Source of the DNA: Cytophagaceae bacterium
Lineage (GTDB): Bacteria > Bacteroidota > Bacteroidia > Cytophagales > UBA9547
Assembly (NCBI GenBank): GCA_027488865.1
Contig: JAIYAU010000042.1
Span: forward strand, 130,170 to 194,169
DNA length: 64,000 nucleotides
Reading direction: 5' to 3'
In this document: positions 48,292-58,031 of the stretch, piece after piece
Layout: the number at the start of each line of letters is the position of its first letter
Numbering within the stretch: position 1 is the stretch's first letter
Made by a program: the position numbers and the translations under genes
Notes under the pieces: generated by a model
Databases searched by the model: none
Seen by the model: the letters and a program-made list of their open reading frames with translations, nothing else
Told to the model about the DNA's origin: nothing

Positions 48292-51066
48292 CTACCCAGT
48301 TATCCTAAGCGCACTGGCAATACCATTTACAGTAAGTAATAGCTGCAATAATAAACTTTGGGCCTCTTCTGATTCTGGATTTTTTTCTTTTGCCTTTCTC
48401 CATTTTTTCAGCAATGCTATTTGTGTAAAGTGAAGTTCATCTAATGCGCTTGCTCTCAATACGTTAGAATAATAATGATACACTCTTCGTTGTTCAAACG
48501 GCTTCTCAAATATTAATGATAACATATGCTTAGTTTTTTCAAATTCAGAATGAATTTTACCAAGGATCTCATTTTTTATTTCAACATCTTCTACCAGTTC
48601 AGCATAATTCAAGAAAATTGACTCGTCTGTAGCAGCTAGACTCGTATCAACATTGGTGAAAACATATCTTGCCAACGTATCGCTTTGAGCTTGTTGCTGT
48701 AATTTTGCAAATTCCTCTGGTTTAGCTTTTTGAAAATCCTCTAATACCGATCCAACACCGTACCAACTTGTAATATTAAATCTTGACTGGCTCCAGCTAA
48801 AAACCCAAGGAATAGCCCTTAAATCAGCCAATGATCTTTTGCCTGTTCTTCGTGATGGTCTTGATCCAATTTTACTATTTTCGATTACGTCAATAGGTGT
48901 AGCTTGACTAAAAAAGGCAATAAAATTTTTGTGACCAATTAATTCTTGATAATATTTTTGACTTCCATCTGCCAAAAATTCTAAAGATTCTTCAAATTTA
49001 TCTTTGGTTTTAGTGGTGTATTTATCTAAAATTGTTGTGCCTGCCGTACCAGCTACCAGAGATTCAAGATTATAAGCAGCATTTATTTTGTTGGCGTATT
49101 TTTGAGCTATAGTTTCTCCTTGTTCCGTAAGCCTTAAATCTCCGTTAAGCGTAGAATGGGGTAGTGTACGCAAAAACCAATGGGTAGGGCCAGCTCCTCT
49201 ACTTATTGATCCTCCTTTGCCATGAAAAAATTTGATTCTAATTTTATTCTTTTTGCCAAGATCTGCTAATTTGGTTTGGGCTTTAGACAAATTCCATTGG
49301 CTGGCTATAATACCACCATCTTTATTGCTATCGCTATAACCAATCATAATCATTTGTACACGATCTTTTTCTTTTTTTAGCGATTGTTGGTATTCTAAGC
49401 TTCTCTTTGTAAAAGGGTGGCTCATAAATGCCTGCATTATAGCTGGGCTATTATCTAAGTCTTCAATTGTTTCAAATAAAGGTACAACTGGCAATTTACA
49501 CACTAAACCATCTTCAGTTTGAGTTATTAAGCCCGCCTCCCTGCACAATAAATACACAAGAAGTAAGTCAGAAAGCGAGCGTGTCATACTTACAATAAGT
49601 GCACTTATAGCCTCTGTTCCGTACTTGTCTATATGTTCTGAAACTACTCTTAGGCAAGAGGTTACAGCTTCCGCTTCATTTCCTAAGCTTGTGTTAACCT
49701 GAGTAAAAGGTCTTGGTGATTTAAGTTCTTTATTAATAAATGCTACTCTTTCCTCTTCATTTAGCATTAAAAATTTGGAACCATCCATCAATGCTGCATC
49801 CATCAGTTGTGACAAAGCATTGTCATGAAATTTGCTGTTTTGCCGTATATCAATATGTGCTAAATGAAAACCAAATGTTTGTACAATTCTTATTGTATTT
49901 TTAACATCCGTGTAGGCTATGGCCTTGGCCCCAAAATCAACCAGTGCATCACGCAATATGACCAAATCTTCAATAAGTTCTGTTGAATTTTTGTAGCTAT
50001 TGGGCAAATCTTTGATGGCAACTGCATAGTCTCGCTCTATCTCAACAGGAAGTTTAATAAGAAGCATGGTTACAAAAAGTCTAAAAGCCTCTCGGTCGTT
50101 ACCATGTTGTGCAAATTCTGAAGTCAAACCTAGTTCATCTCCTATTTCATGTAATCTTTTTTGAAATGTTTTATTGGCTTGTGTGATATAGCAACCAAAA
50201 CTTAAGTTTTTTTCAAGCTCACCTAGGTGATTTCGCAATACAGCCAAAGCATTTAGTCTTAAAGTTTCAAGCGTATCCTTTGTAACGGAGGCAGTTACAA
50301 ATGGATGCCCATCACGATCTCCACCTACCCAGTTTCCAAACGATATTTTTGGAAGCTTGTCATAGGTCAGTACGGAGTTAGGATTAAACCCAAGTTGCTC
50401 CCAAGCTAAGGCAAATCTTCTGTCGATTATAGGTATTACCTCTGGGAAAACCGTGGTTAAATAATGAACAATATTTCTAAGTTCCTGTCTTACATCAGGT
50501 TTTTCAAGGTATATTTCACCCGTTCTCCATAACCTATCAAGCTCCAATTTTATTTCTTGTCTAATTTCTTTTTGCTCTATTTCGGTATACATGGTGTTTT
50601 CACGTTTTACCAAAAGTAGATATAAGGCACGATGATGTTGTAAAACTATATCACGTTTAGCTTCTGTGGGATGAGCTGTAAGCACTGGCTCAATTTGGAT
50701 ATCAGGAAGCATTTCAACAATATCCTTTTCGGAGATACCTTTTTCTTTAAGCATTTTTAGGTTTTTGCCCCACAGTCCATTTACACTACTTAAAGAATGC
50801 TCATTTTCTTGTCTTCTTCTATTCTGTACTGCACCATTTTCTTCAACCATGTTAAGTAAATGGAATGCAATTGAAAAAAGTTGGACGTGTTTTTCGGTAA
50901 AATTTTCAGGTTTTAATTGCGCTGGTTTTTCATTTATCCATGGTATAAATTCAGCAAGATTCCCTTCTCCACATTCTATAAGTACCTCCTTTAAGCAATT
51001 AAGCAAAAATTCTAGGTCTTTATAGGGTCTACCTAACTTCTCTTGTGTGACTGTTAAAATACTCAT
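48292..51066 (-). CDS. ppc: Phosphoenolpyruvate carboxylase
   Basis: VLTAHPTE, GYSDSNKDGG and FHGKGGSISRGAGP motifs. The likely start is the second Met (MSILTV...) at 51066. Confidence 0.9.
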   Translation of the reverse strand: MSILTVTQEKLGRPYKDLEFLLNCLKEVLIECGEGNLAEFIPWINEKPAQLKPENFTEKHVQLFSIAFHLLNMVEENGAVQNRRRQENEHSLSSVNGLWGKNLKMLKEKGISEKDIVEMLPDIQIEPVLTAHPTEAKRDIVLQHHRALYLLLVKRENTMYTEIEQKEIRQEIKLELDRLWRTGEIYLEKPDVRQELRNIVHYLTTVFPEVIPIIDRRFALAWEQLGFNPNSVLTYDKLPKISFGNWVGGDRDGHPFVTASVTKDTLETLRLNALAVLRNHLGELEKNLSFGCYITQANKTFQKRLHEIGDELGLTSEFAQHGNDREAFRLFVTMLLIKLPVEIERDYAVAIKDLPNSYKNSTELIEDLVILRDALVDFGAKAIAYTDVKNTIRIVQTFGFHLAHIDIRQNSKFHDNALSQLMDAALMDGSKFLMLNEEERVAFINKELKSPRPFTQVNTSLGNEAEAVTSCLRVVSEHIDKYGTEAISALIVSMTRSLSDLLLVYLLCREAGLITQTEDGLVCKLPVVPLFETIEDLDNSPAIMQAFMSHPFTKRSLEYQQSLKKEKDRVQMIMIGYSDSNKDGGIIASQWNLSKAQTKLADLGKKNKIRIKFFHGKGGSISRGAGPTHWFLRTLPHSTLNGDLRLTEQGETIAQKYANKINAAYNLESLVAGTAGTTILDKYTTKTKDKFEESLEFLADGSQKYYQELIGHKNFIAFFSQATPIDVIENSKIGSRPSRRTGKRSLADLRAIPWVFSWSQSRFNITSWYGVGSVLEDFQKAKPEEFAKLQQQAQSDTLARYVFTNVDTSLAATDESIFLNYAELVEDVEIKNEILGKIHSEFEKTKHMLSLIFEKPFEQRRVYHYYSNVLRASALDELHFTQIALLKKWRKAKEKNPESEEAQSLLLQLLLTVNGIASALRITG

Positions 51067-51282
51067 GTAGTAAAAATGGTTAATAATATTGTAGTGCAAA
51101 TACTAACAACATCAAGTGAAAACAAACTAAATTTGGAAGTATAAATTCTAATAAAGAATACTCAATTTAAGCAAGAATTTTAAACTTTTACAAATATTAA
51201 GCGCATTACTTCAAAAATTATTCAAAAATTAACTTATTATTAACTTTTGGTCAATATTAGCCTCAATAAATACAATCAAAAA

Positions 51283-51714
51283 ATGAAATACTTTAATTAT
51301 TTTAATTTATCTACCTTAATTTTAATATCACTTTTAGCGTGTAATGAACAAAATCAAGGCAACTGTGATTTTCCAAATCCAGTTATTAATAATCTTCAAC
51401 TTAATCTAAATGACCTTAAATTTAATAATCTCAACATAAACAATTATGCTTATTATGACCTTGCGGGTGTTCAAGGTTTAATTATCATAAAACAAGCAGA
51501 GGGTAGTTTTATAGTTTTTGATCGTGCAAGTCCATTTAAACCAAATAATTTTAATGCCAGAGTATTTATGGATCCTTCTAGAGTTTTTTTAAAAGACACT
51601 GTTAACAACGCAACATTTGATTTAAAGGGATTAGTTATGACAGGGCCAGCCAATTGCAATATGAGAAGATATGCAGCTACTTATAATCAACCATTTTTAT
51701 CTATCAACAACTAG
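51283..51714 (+). CDS. Small lipoprotein with a degenerate Rieske-like fold
   Basis: Lipobox SLLAC. The C-terminal NNATFDLKGLVMTGPANCNM aligns by eye with the Rieske HGSxFDxxGxxxxGPAxxxL block, but the Cys/His ligands are absent. Confidence 0.35.
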   Translation: MKYFNYFNLSTLILISLLACNEQNQGNCDFPNPVINNLQLNLNDLKFNNLNINNYAYYDLAGVQGLIIIKQAEGSFIVFDRASPFKPNNFNARVFMDPSRVFLKDTVNNATFDLKGLVMTGPANCNMRRYAATYNQPFLSINN

Positions 51715-51800
51715 GTTATTTTTTAAAAACCTTATTTTTAACAACTTTATTATGCTTTAACGTTGAAAGAAGTTTTTTAAAGCACTTCAAAAAGTTTTTA

Positions 51801-51808
51801 TAATTTTG
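51801..51808 (+). promoter_or_regulatory. Bacteroidota -7 promoter motif immediately upstream of the GT4 gene
   Basis: Perfect TAATTTTG ending 5 nt before the ATG at 51814, implying a leaderless or near-leaderless transcript if it is functional. Confidence 0.3.
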
Positions 51809-51813
51809 CTAAC

Positions 51814-53070
51814 ATGAGAATTTTAGTATTACACCAATATTTTTTAGACAAAGGCGATTCTGGAGGTTCTCGATTTAATGAACTTACGAAAATATGGAAG
51901 GATTCTGGCCACCAAATTACAGTTATAGCCGGAATGGTGCACTACAGCACTGGCAAGAAAAAGGACAAGTATAAGGGTAAATTTATTTTAAAGGAAACAA
52001 ACGAAGACCAAGTAGATATCTTTAGATGTCACGTTTCTGAAGCTTATAATACCAATTTTATTGGTAGACTTTGGGCTTACTTTTCGTTCGTATTTTCTAG
52101 CATAGTGGCTGGTTTGTTTTTTGTAAGACAAAAACATGATGTCATCGTCGTTACATCTCCTCCTTTGTTTATAGGAATAACTGGTATAATCTTGTCAAAA
52201 CTAAAGCGCATGCCTATGGTTTTTGAAATTCGTGACCTTTGGCCTGAATCAGCTATTGACACTGGAGTGCTGACCAATAAATTGATAATTAAGCTGGCAT
52301 ATTGGTTCGAGAAAACTATTTATAAAAATTCGGTATTGATAAATTGCTTAACACCCGCATTTAAGCAAACTTTAATAGAAAAAAAGGGAATTAACCCCAA
52401 AAAAATAACAATGATTCCTAATGCTTCTGATTTTAGTTTGTCAGAGACATTAATGAAAGATTTTGACGCAAATACTTTTAGAGAATCAAAAGGTTGGGGA
52501 GATAAACTGGTGATTACCTATGTAGGTGCTCATGGTGTTGCCAATCATTTAATTCAGGTATTAGAAACTGCAGAACTTTTGAAGGGAACGGCAGCCCACT
52601 TTGTTTTAATCGGTGATGGAATGCAAAAGCAAGAATTGATAAATTGGGTCAAAACCAAGGGATTGACAAATGTACAATTCATTAATTCTGTACCTAAAGA
52701 AGAGGTTTTTAAATATATCTTGGCCTCCGACCTAGGTGCTTCAGTGCTAAAAAAGGTAGATACCTTTAAGACAGTATATTCAAACAAGACTTTTGATTAC
52801 ATGTCTTGCAAAAAGCCAATATTAATGGCAATTGATGGTGTTTCGCGAGAACTTGTGGAACAAGCTCAATGTGGTGTTTATGTAGAACCAGAAAATCCTG
52901 CAGACTTTGCCCAAAAGGTACGGCTTTATCTTAACGACAAAAACAGAATCGTGCAAGAAGGAGAGCAAGGTTATAAATTTGCATTACAAAATTTTGATAG
53001 ACAAAAGCTAGGTGCTACTTATCTTGAATATCTCCAACTAATAGGTTTTAATAATTTTTCAAAAAATTGA
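51814..53070 (+). CDS. Glycosyltransferase family 4, WbuB-like
   Basis: MRILVLHQYFLDKGDSGGSRFNELTKIW N-terminus is typical of the WbuB-like GT4 subgroup. GT-B C-terminal half. Confidence 0.75.
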   Translation: MRILVLHQYFLDKGDSGGSRFNELTKIWKDSGHQITVIAGMVHYSTGKKKDKYKGKFILKETNEDQVDIFRCHVSEAYNTNFIGRLWAYFSFVFSSIVAGLFFVRQKHDVIVVTSPPLFIGITGIILSKLKRMPMVFEIRDLWPESAIDTGVLTNKLIIKLAYWFEKTIYKNSVLINCLTPAFKQTLIEKKGINPKKITMIPNASDFSLSETLMKDFDANTFRESKGWGDKLVITYVGAHGVANHLIQVLETAELLKGTAAHFVLIGDGMQKQELINWVKTKGLTNVQFINSVPKEEVFKYILASDLGASVLKKVDTFKTVYSNKTFDYMSCKKPILMAIDGVSRELVEQAQCGVYVEPENPADFAQKVRLYLNDKNRIVQEGEQGYKFALQNFDRQKLGATYLEYLQLIGFNNFSKN

Positions 53071-53528
53071 TTTACAAGGATATATATGTAAAAATTGCTG
53101 CCTTTTGCGCTTATCAAGAGCGAAATGAAAAGGAGGTTTCTGATAAACTTATTTCTTGGGATATTGATCCTGCCATCATTGAAAAAATTATAGAATTACT
53201 CAAAGAAGAGAAATTTATTGACAATAACAGATATGTTGCAAGCTACATTAATGGTCGTTTTAGATTCAAGAAGTGGGGTAAAATTAAGATTGAAGCCTTT
53301 CTAAAACAAAAGGGCTTGAACAATGACCTAATAAAAGAATCGATAAATGCGATTCCTAAAGAGGAGTATCAAGAAACCATTTATACATTGATTGCTAAGA
53401 AAAACAAAAGTTTATCGAAAGATTCTCTTCTTGTTCGCAAACAAAAGCTAGCTAGATTCCTCGCTAGTAAAGGTTTTGAAGGTGATCTTGTTTGGCAATG
53501 TATCAATTCTTACAACTTTGACCTATAA
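53067..53528 (+). CDS. recX: RecX family regulatory protein
   Basis: 153 aa helical repeat protein (AAFCAYQERNEKEVSDKL...). TTG start overlaps the upstream TGA (TTGA). Confidence 0.65.
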   Translation: MIYKDIYVKIAAFCAYQERNEKEVSDKLISWDIDPAIIEKIIELLKEEKFIDNNRYVASYINGRFRFKKWGKIKIEAFLKQKGLNNDLIKESINAIPKEEYQETIYTLIAKKNKSLSKDSLLVRKQKLARFLASKGFEGDLVWQCINSYNFDL

Positions 53529-53751
53529 ATTGCAAATTCTTTTTGTATTTTTTTAAACAATTTGTAACAAACAAACAAAATTCACGTTAAATCTTACATA
53601 TATAATTTAAATTTAGAATGCTATGAGAAACAGTCCAATTTTCAATCCGATTATTAAAAATGTACAAACTGAAGTCAGGTATAATCAGCCAATCATTTTT
53701 AATCCAATCTTTTAATATCTAACAGCTATGGCTATTAAAAAGATTTAACTG

Positions 53752-53776
53752 AAGAGGCTCTAAAGGCCTCTTTTTT
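53752..53776. terminator. Hairpin terminator adjacent to the Dabb gene stop
   Basis: AAGAGGC-tctaaag-GCCTCTT followed by TTTT. It sits directly downstream of the minus-strand stop at 53775 and could also stop plus-strand read-through from recX. Confidence 0.45.
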
Positions 53777-54071
53777 AATGAGCATCGTAAATAATTACTT
53801 TTTCAAAATGTACTCGATTTTGTTCAAGAAAAGCTTTATGTATTTCATGAACTTGGTAGATATCATGAGCCTCTAAATCTTTGAAGATTATTATTAAAGA
53901 AAAAGTGTAGGAAGTGTCTACGACAGTTCGACTTATTGGGGCAGGGGTACCCACGAATATAGAGTCAATCACTTCTATCGCCTTTAAAGATTCCAACCCA
54001 GCCCTAAATGACGTTTTTTCTTCAATGGAAGTTTCTGGCTTAAGCCAAAAGAGTACGTGATGTGTTAGCAT
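53775..54071 (-). CDS. Dabb (stress-responsive alpha/beta barrel) domain protein
   Basis: 98 aa. MLTHHVLFWLKPE start and ferredoxin-like size, typical of the Dabb family. Confidence 0.7.
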   Translation of the reverse strand: MLTHHVLFWLKPETSIEEKTSFRAGLESLKAIEVIDSIFVGTPAPISRTVVDTSYTFSLIIIFKDLEAHDIYQVHEIHKAFLEQNRVHFEKVIIYDAH

Positions 54072-54074
54072 ATC

Positions 54075-54767
54075 TTAATTTGTTGCTTCTTTTGATTTTG
54101 GTTTTAAAATAAAAAAGTAAACTCCTGCTAAAGAGGCTATTACAAGCCCAGCAGAAACAGCGTATACCCAGAGTTCCTTACCAAAACCTTTTGAAGTAAT
54201 TTCCATAATGTTTTTGACTTGAGTACCAATATATGTAAAAAGTAATACCCTAGGCATTTTTCCTATCCAAGAACCTATTAAAAATTTTATAAAATTGTAT
54301 CGTAACATGCCAAAAAGCGCGTTCATTAATACAAATGGTAATACTGGTGAAATTTTGGCAAAAATAATCGTAGCTAATTCTTTGGTTTGTAATTTATTAA
54401 CTATTTGTTCTACTTTTGGGTCTTCTAAAAGGGTTGCTTTAAAGTTGCCAGTGTCTACAAATCTTCCTATAAAATAGCCGAAAGTAGCGGCAACCATATA
54501 AGCAGGGGAGAGGTAAAATAAGGATGAGAAACCCAGAAAATATCCCCCAATTGCAGCGATGAGGGTGTTTGGCACTGCACCCACTGACATACAAACACCA
54601 ACGATTGAATAAAGAATGATCCATTCACTTGTTGTGAAATTGGGCAAATACTCGTGATAATTATTTAATAACCAAGTAATTAACCCACCTGTTAAAAAAG
54701 GTAGCACAGAGAATATAACTAGCCATGTAAATGCTGTTTTATTCTTTTCATATAAATTTTCAATCAC
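54075..54767 (-). CDS. TVP38/TMEM64 (DedA/SNARE-associated) family membrane protein
   Basis: 230 aa with 5-6 TM segments and the glycine-rich segment IAAIGGYFLGF, typical of the family. Confidence 0.65.
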   Translation of the reverse strand: MIENLYEKNKTAFTWLVIFSVLPFLTGGLITWLLNNYHEYLPNFTTSEWIILYSIVGVCMSVGAVPNTLIAAIGGYFLGFSSLFYLSPAYMVAATFGYFIGRFVDTGNFKATLLEDPKVEQIVNKLQTKELATIIFAKISPVLPFVLMNALFGMLRYNFIKFLIGSWIGKMPRVLLFTYIGTQVKNIMEITSKGFGKELWVYAVSAGLVIASLAGVYFFILKPKSKEATN

Positions 54768-54935
54768 AACTACTTCATTTAATTAAGTTGCAAAATACTA
54801 ATTTATTTAATAACAGGTCTAAATATCAATAATAATTATGGCTTGCAATTGTTGATTTTAAAGATTTCTTGCTTTTTGAGGTTCTAAGGTTAAGGTTTTT
54901 ATTTAATTTTGGCAAAATTTAATTTTAGATTGAGA

Positions 54936-55451
54936 ATGAAGAACAAGTGTATTTTCTTAGATAGGGATGGGGTTATCAATGTAGACAAGGTAGACTATGT
55001 GTATAGTATAGCGGAGTTTAAGTTGATACCGGGAGTATTAGAGGCGTTTCAATTATTAAGGGACGCTGGATATTTGTTAATCGTCATTACCAATCAATCA
55101 GGTATAGCCAAGGGAATTTATGGACATGAAGATGTCAAAATTTGTCATGATTATTTACAAGAAATTAGTAATCATGCCATTGATGAGTTTTACTATTCAC
55201 CCTACCACGAGTCCTCCTCTCATTCTTTAACAAGAAAACCGGGATCATTAATGTTCGAGCGAGCAATAGCAAAATATCAAATTGATATTGAAAACTCGTG
55301 GATGATAGGCGACAAAGATAGGGACACGAAACCAGCTAAAAATTTAGGTATAAAATCTATAGCTGTGGACGATAAAAATAAAGAAAATAAATACGCAACA
55401 AAGTTTGCAGAGAATTTACTTGAAGCGGCTAGAATAATTTTAAAGGATTAA
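54936..55451 (+). CDS. HAD-IIIA phosphatase, GmhB / histidinol-phosphatase-like
   Basis: FLDRDGVIN (DxDx motif I), ITNQSG (motif II), RKPGSLMF and GDKDRD (motifs III/IV). Confidence 0.75.
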   Translation: MKNKCIFLDRDGVINVDKVDYVYSIAEFKLIPGVLEAFQLLRDAGYLLIVITNQSGIAKGIYGHEDVKICHDYLQEISNHAIDEFYYSPYHESSSHSLTRKPGSLMFERAIAKYQIDIENSWMIGDKDRDTKPAKNLGIKSIAVDDKNKENKYATKFAENLLEAARIILKD

Positions 55452-55469
55452 TTACCAATTGGTAATTAA
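55448..55469. terminator. Perfect 22-bp palindrome between convergent genes (possible bidirectional terminator)
   Basis: TTAATTACCAATTGGTAATTAA equals its own reverse complement. It overlaps the stop codon of the HAD phosphatase gene. The stem is AT-only, so termination strength is uncertain. Confidence 0.4.
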
Positions 55470-55483
55470 CCCTTTCTGCAAAA

Positions 55484-55615
55484 TTATTTTGTGCTTGCGC
55501 TAATTTCGCTGTTTTCCGTGCTGTTTTTCAAATAGGTTGGGCAAGTTCTATGACCCCTGCATGATGCTAATACCACAACTGCTGCTACTACGATTAAAGC
55601 TAATGATTTTTTCAT
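55484..55615 (-). CDS. Small (43 aa) lipoprotein, absent from the ORF track
   Basis: The minus strand reads MKKSLALIVVAAVVVLASCRGHRTCPTYLKNSTENSEISASTK. It has a classic signal peptide plus lipobox LASC. Confidence 0.5.
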   Translation of the reverse strand: MKKSLALIVVAAVVVLASCRGHRTCPTYLKNSTENSEISASTK

Positions 55616-55919
55616 TTGGCTATTCTGATTTAGATAAGTTTCTGATACAAAAATACGATTTCCTTTTAAATTTATAACAAAATCTAGAAAAATAAATTCT
55701 AAATTTTTTTCTAAATTTTGTAATTAATTGATATACAATTATGTATATAATTTTTGATATTTATATAAATTGGCTTTATAGGGTTTTAAATATAAATGTC
55801 CAATTAATAATACAATTTGGCATAGTTATAGTTTAATTGATTTTATACTACAAACGTTCGAAATTTTTACATTAACTTCAAAATTTGTATTTAACTTTAA
55901 TAATATTTTAATAGTCAAT

Positions 55920-56708
55920 ATGAGTAATAGGAATAGTTTAATACCGTTTATTTTTGGTTATTTATGCTTTGCGGTTTTTATTATAAATTCAACCTTGATG
56001 GCACAAACGATAACTCCGTCATTTAGTTTTGAAAAATTTGTAACTTTTAGTGACACATTACCTTATCGCCTATATTCACCTGTTGTAAAATCTGAAGCTT
56101 TATTACCAATGGTTGTTTTTTTGCATGGTGCTGGAGAAAGAGGTGACGATAACGAAAAGCAGTTGTTAAATGGTGTGAAGAATTTTCTTCCTATATCAAA
56201 ATTTACTTCTAATGAAGCTATAGTTGTTGTACCTCAGTGTGCTGAAGATTATCGTTGGTGTGAAGTGCCTTGGAGTGCAGCATCGCATCAACGACCAATT
56301 CAAATTTCTAAATACTTGGGCTTAGTAAGTCAGCTAATTGATACTTTTTTAATATCTGGTAAAATTGATAAAAGAAGGGTGTATGTAGTTGGATTATCTA
56401 TGGGAGGTTTTGGTGTGTGGGATTTAATAGCAAGATATCCTTCTAAATTTGCAGCGGCCGTACCCATATGTGGTGGTGGTGATGAAAGTGATGCTCAAAA
56501 TTTGACTAATATTCCTATTTGGGCTTTTCATGGCGCCAACGACAAGGTGGTTTTGCCAGAAAGGTCAATTAGGATGATTAAAGCTATAGAACAAAGTGGT
56601 GGTAATCCTTTGCTTACAATTTACCCAACTGTAGGGCATGATTCATGGAACTTGGCACTCTCAAATCCAGAACTTTATACTTGGTTGTTTAGGCAGGTTT
56701 TGAAATAG
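55920..56708 (+). CDS. Secreted alpha/beta hydrolase (carboxylesterase/peptidase-like)
   Basis: Signal/TM segment, VVFLHGAGERGDDN, nucleophile elbow GLSMGG, FHGANDKVV and GHDSW (catalytic His). Confidence 0.7.
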   Translation: MSNRNSLIPFIFGYLCFAVFIINSTLMAQTITPSFSFEKFVTFSDTLPYRLYSPVVKSEALLPMVVFLHGAGERGDDNEKQLLNGVKNFLPISKFTSNEAIVVVPQCAEDYRWCEVPWSAASHQRPIQISKYLGLVSQLIDTFLISGKIDKRRVYVVGLSMGGFGVWDLIARYPSKFAAAVPICGGGDESDAQNLTNIPIWAFHGANDKVVLPERSIRMIKAIEQSGGNPLLTIYPTVGHDSWNLALSNPELYTWLFRQVLK

Positions 56709-56828
56709 GAATTATTTACACTGGTATAAAAATCCTGTTAGATTTAAATAAAAACATAATTTCTACAATCCAAAACCTGACAAGTTTACTAATTTGTTAT
56801 TAGGTTTTTTTATTAATGATTCGTTGTT

Positions 56829-56860
56829 AAAAAAGAAAGGGCTACCTTTTTAGGCAGCCC
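56829..56860 (-). terminator. Rho-independent terminator of dnaJ
   Basis: The minus strand reads GGGCTGCCT-AAAA-AGGTAGCCC (9-bp stem with one mismatch) followed by TTTCTTTTTT. Confidence 0.65.
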
Positions 56861-56887
56861 CTACATCTTTGTTTGCACCTATTAAAA

Positions 56888-58030
56888 TCAATTAAAGTAT
56901 TCTTTCATTCTTTCAAAAAATCCTTTTTCGCTTTTACTTGGTTTAGGATCAAAATTGGTAGAACTGCGCAATTTTTCAAGAATTGCTTTTTCTTCATTAT
57001 TAAGTACTTTTGGAGTCCAAACATTTACATAGATCAACTGGTCGCCTCGTGCGTAACCATTTACTTCTTTTACACCTTTGTCTCTTAGTCTTAAAATTTT
57101 GCCACTTTGGGTACCAGGTTCTATTTTGATTTTAACTTTACCGTCTATAGTAGGAACTTCCACAGAAGTGCCTATGCACGCATCTATAAAACTTATATAC
57201 AGGTCAAAAATGATATTATTTCCATCACGTTTCAGCTGTTCATCTTCTTCTTCTTCAATTAGGATTAACAAATCTCCTGCCATCCCTCCGCGAGGGGGCA
57301 CATTGCCTTTGCCGCTCATAGATAATTGCATTCCTTCACCTACTCCAGCTGGAATTTTTATAGGGATTACCTCTTCCTCAAGCACCCTACCATCTCCATT
57401 ACACACTGTACAGGCTTGGGAAATCATTTTGCCTTCTCCATGGCATACTGAACAAGTGCTACTTGATACCATTTGACCTAACATGGTGTTTACTACTTTT
57501 CGAACCTGTCCAGAACCTCCACAGTGTTTGCATGATTCCAAAGCAGTTCCATTTTTAGCACCTGTGCCACTACATGTTTTACAACCTGCGTAACGCTTTA
57601 CTTTTATTTTTTTCTCACAGCCATTGGCTATTTCATCAAGATTTAGTTTTAATTTTATTCTTAAATTTTCACCTCTTCTACGGCCACCACCGCCTCCACC
57701 TCCAAAAAATCCTTCAAAGCCGCTGCCACCAAAAACATCCCCAAACTGCGAGAATATGTCTTCCATGCTCATACCGCCGCCGCTAAAACCTCCACCACCT
57801 GCTCCACGCACACCATCGTGGCCAAATTGGTCATACTTACGACGTTTGTCATCATCGCCTAATACTTCGTATGCCTCAGCTGCTTCTTTAAACTTGTCTT
57901 CAGCAGAAGGATCGTCAGGGTTTTTATCAGGGTGATATTTTATAGCGAGTTTTCTATATGCTTTTTTTATATCCTCTTGTGAACTGCCCTTAGCTACACC
58001 TAATATTTCGTAATAGTCTTTCTTTGCCAT
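56888..58030 (-). CDS. dnaJ: Molecular chaperone DnaJ
   Basis: J-domain with HPDKN, a G/F-rich region and four CxxCxGxG zinc-finger repeats. Confidence 0.95.
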   Translation of the reverse strand: MAKKDYYEILGVAKGSSQEDIKKAYRKLAIKYHPDKNPDDPSAEDKFKEAAEAYEVLGDDDKRRKYDQFGHDGVRGAGGGGFSGGGMSMEDIFSQFGDVFGGSGFEGFFGGGGGGGRRRGENLRIKLKLNLDEIANGCEKKIKVKRYAGCKTCSGTGAKNGTALESCKHCGGSGQVRKVVNTMLGQMVSSSTCSVCHGEGKMISQACTVCNGDGRVLEEEVIPIKIPAGVGEGMQLSMSGKGNVPPRGGMAGDLLILIEEEEDEQLKRDGNNIIFDLYISFIDACIGTSVEVPTIDGKVKIKIEPGTQSGKILRLRDKGVKEVNGYARGDQLIYVNVWTPKVLNNEEKAILEKLRSSTNFDPKPSKSEKGFFERMKEYFN

Positions 58031-58031
58031 A

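Noticed and set aside
57624-57935. 103-aa proline-rich ORF on the plus strand ([17 protein letters not shown]...).
   Set aside because: It is the antisense reading of the glycine-rich G/F region of dnaJ, where GGN codons read as NCC on the other strand. It lies entirely inside a confidently called gene, so it is an artefact.
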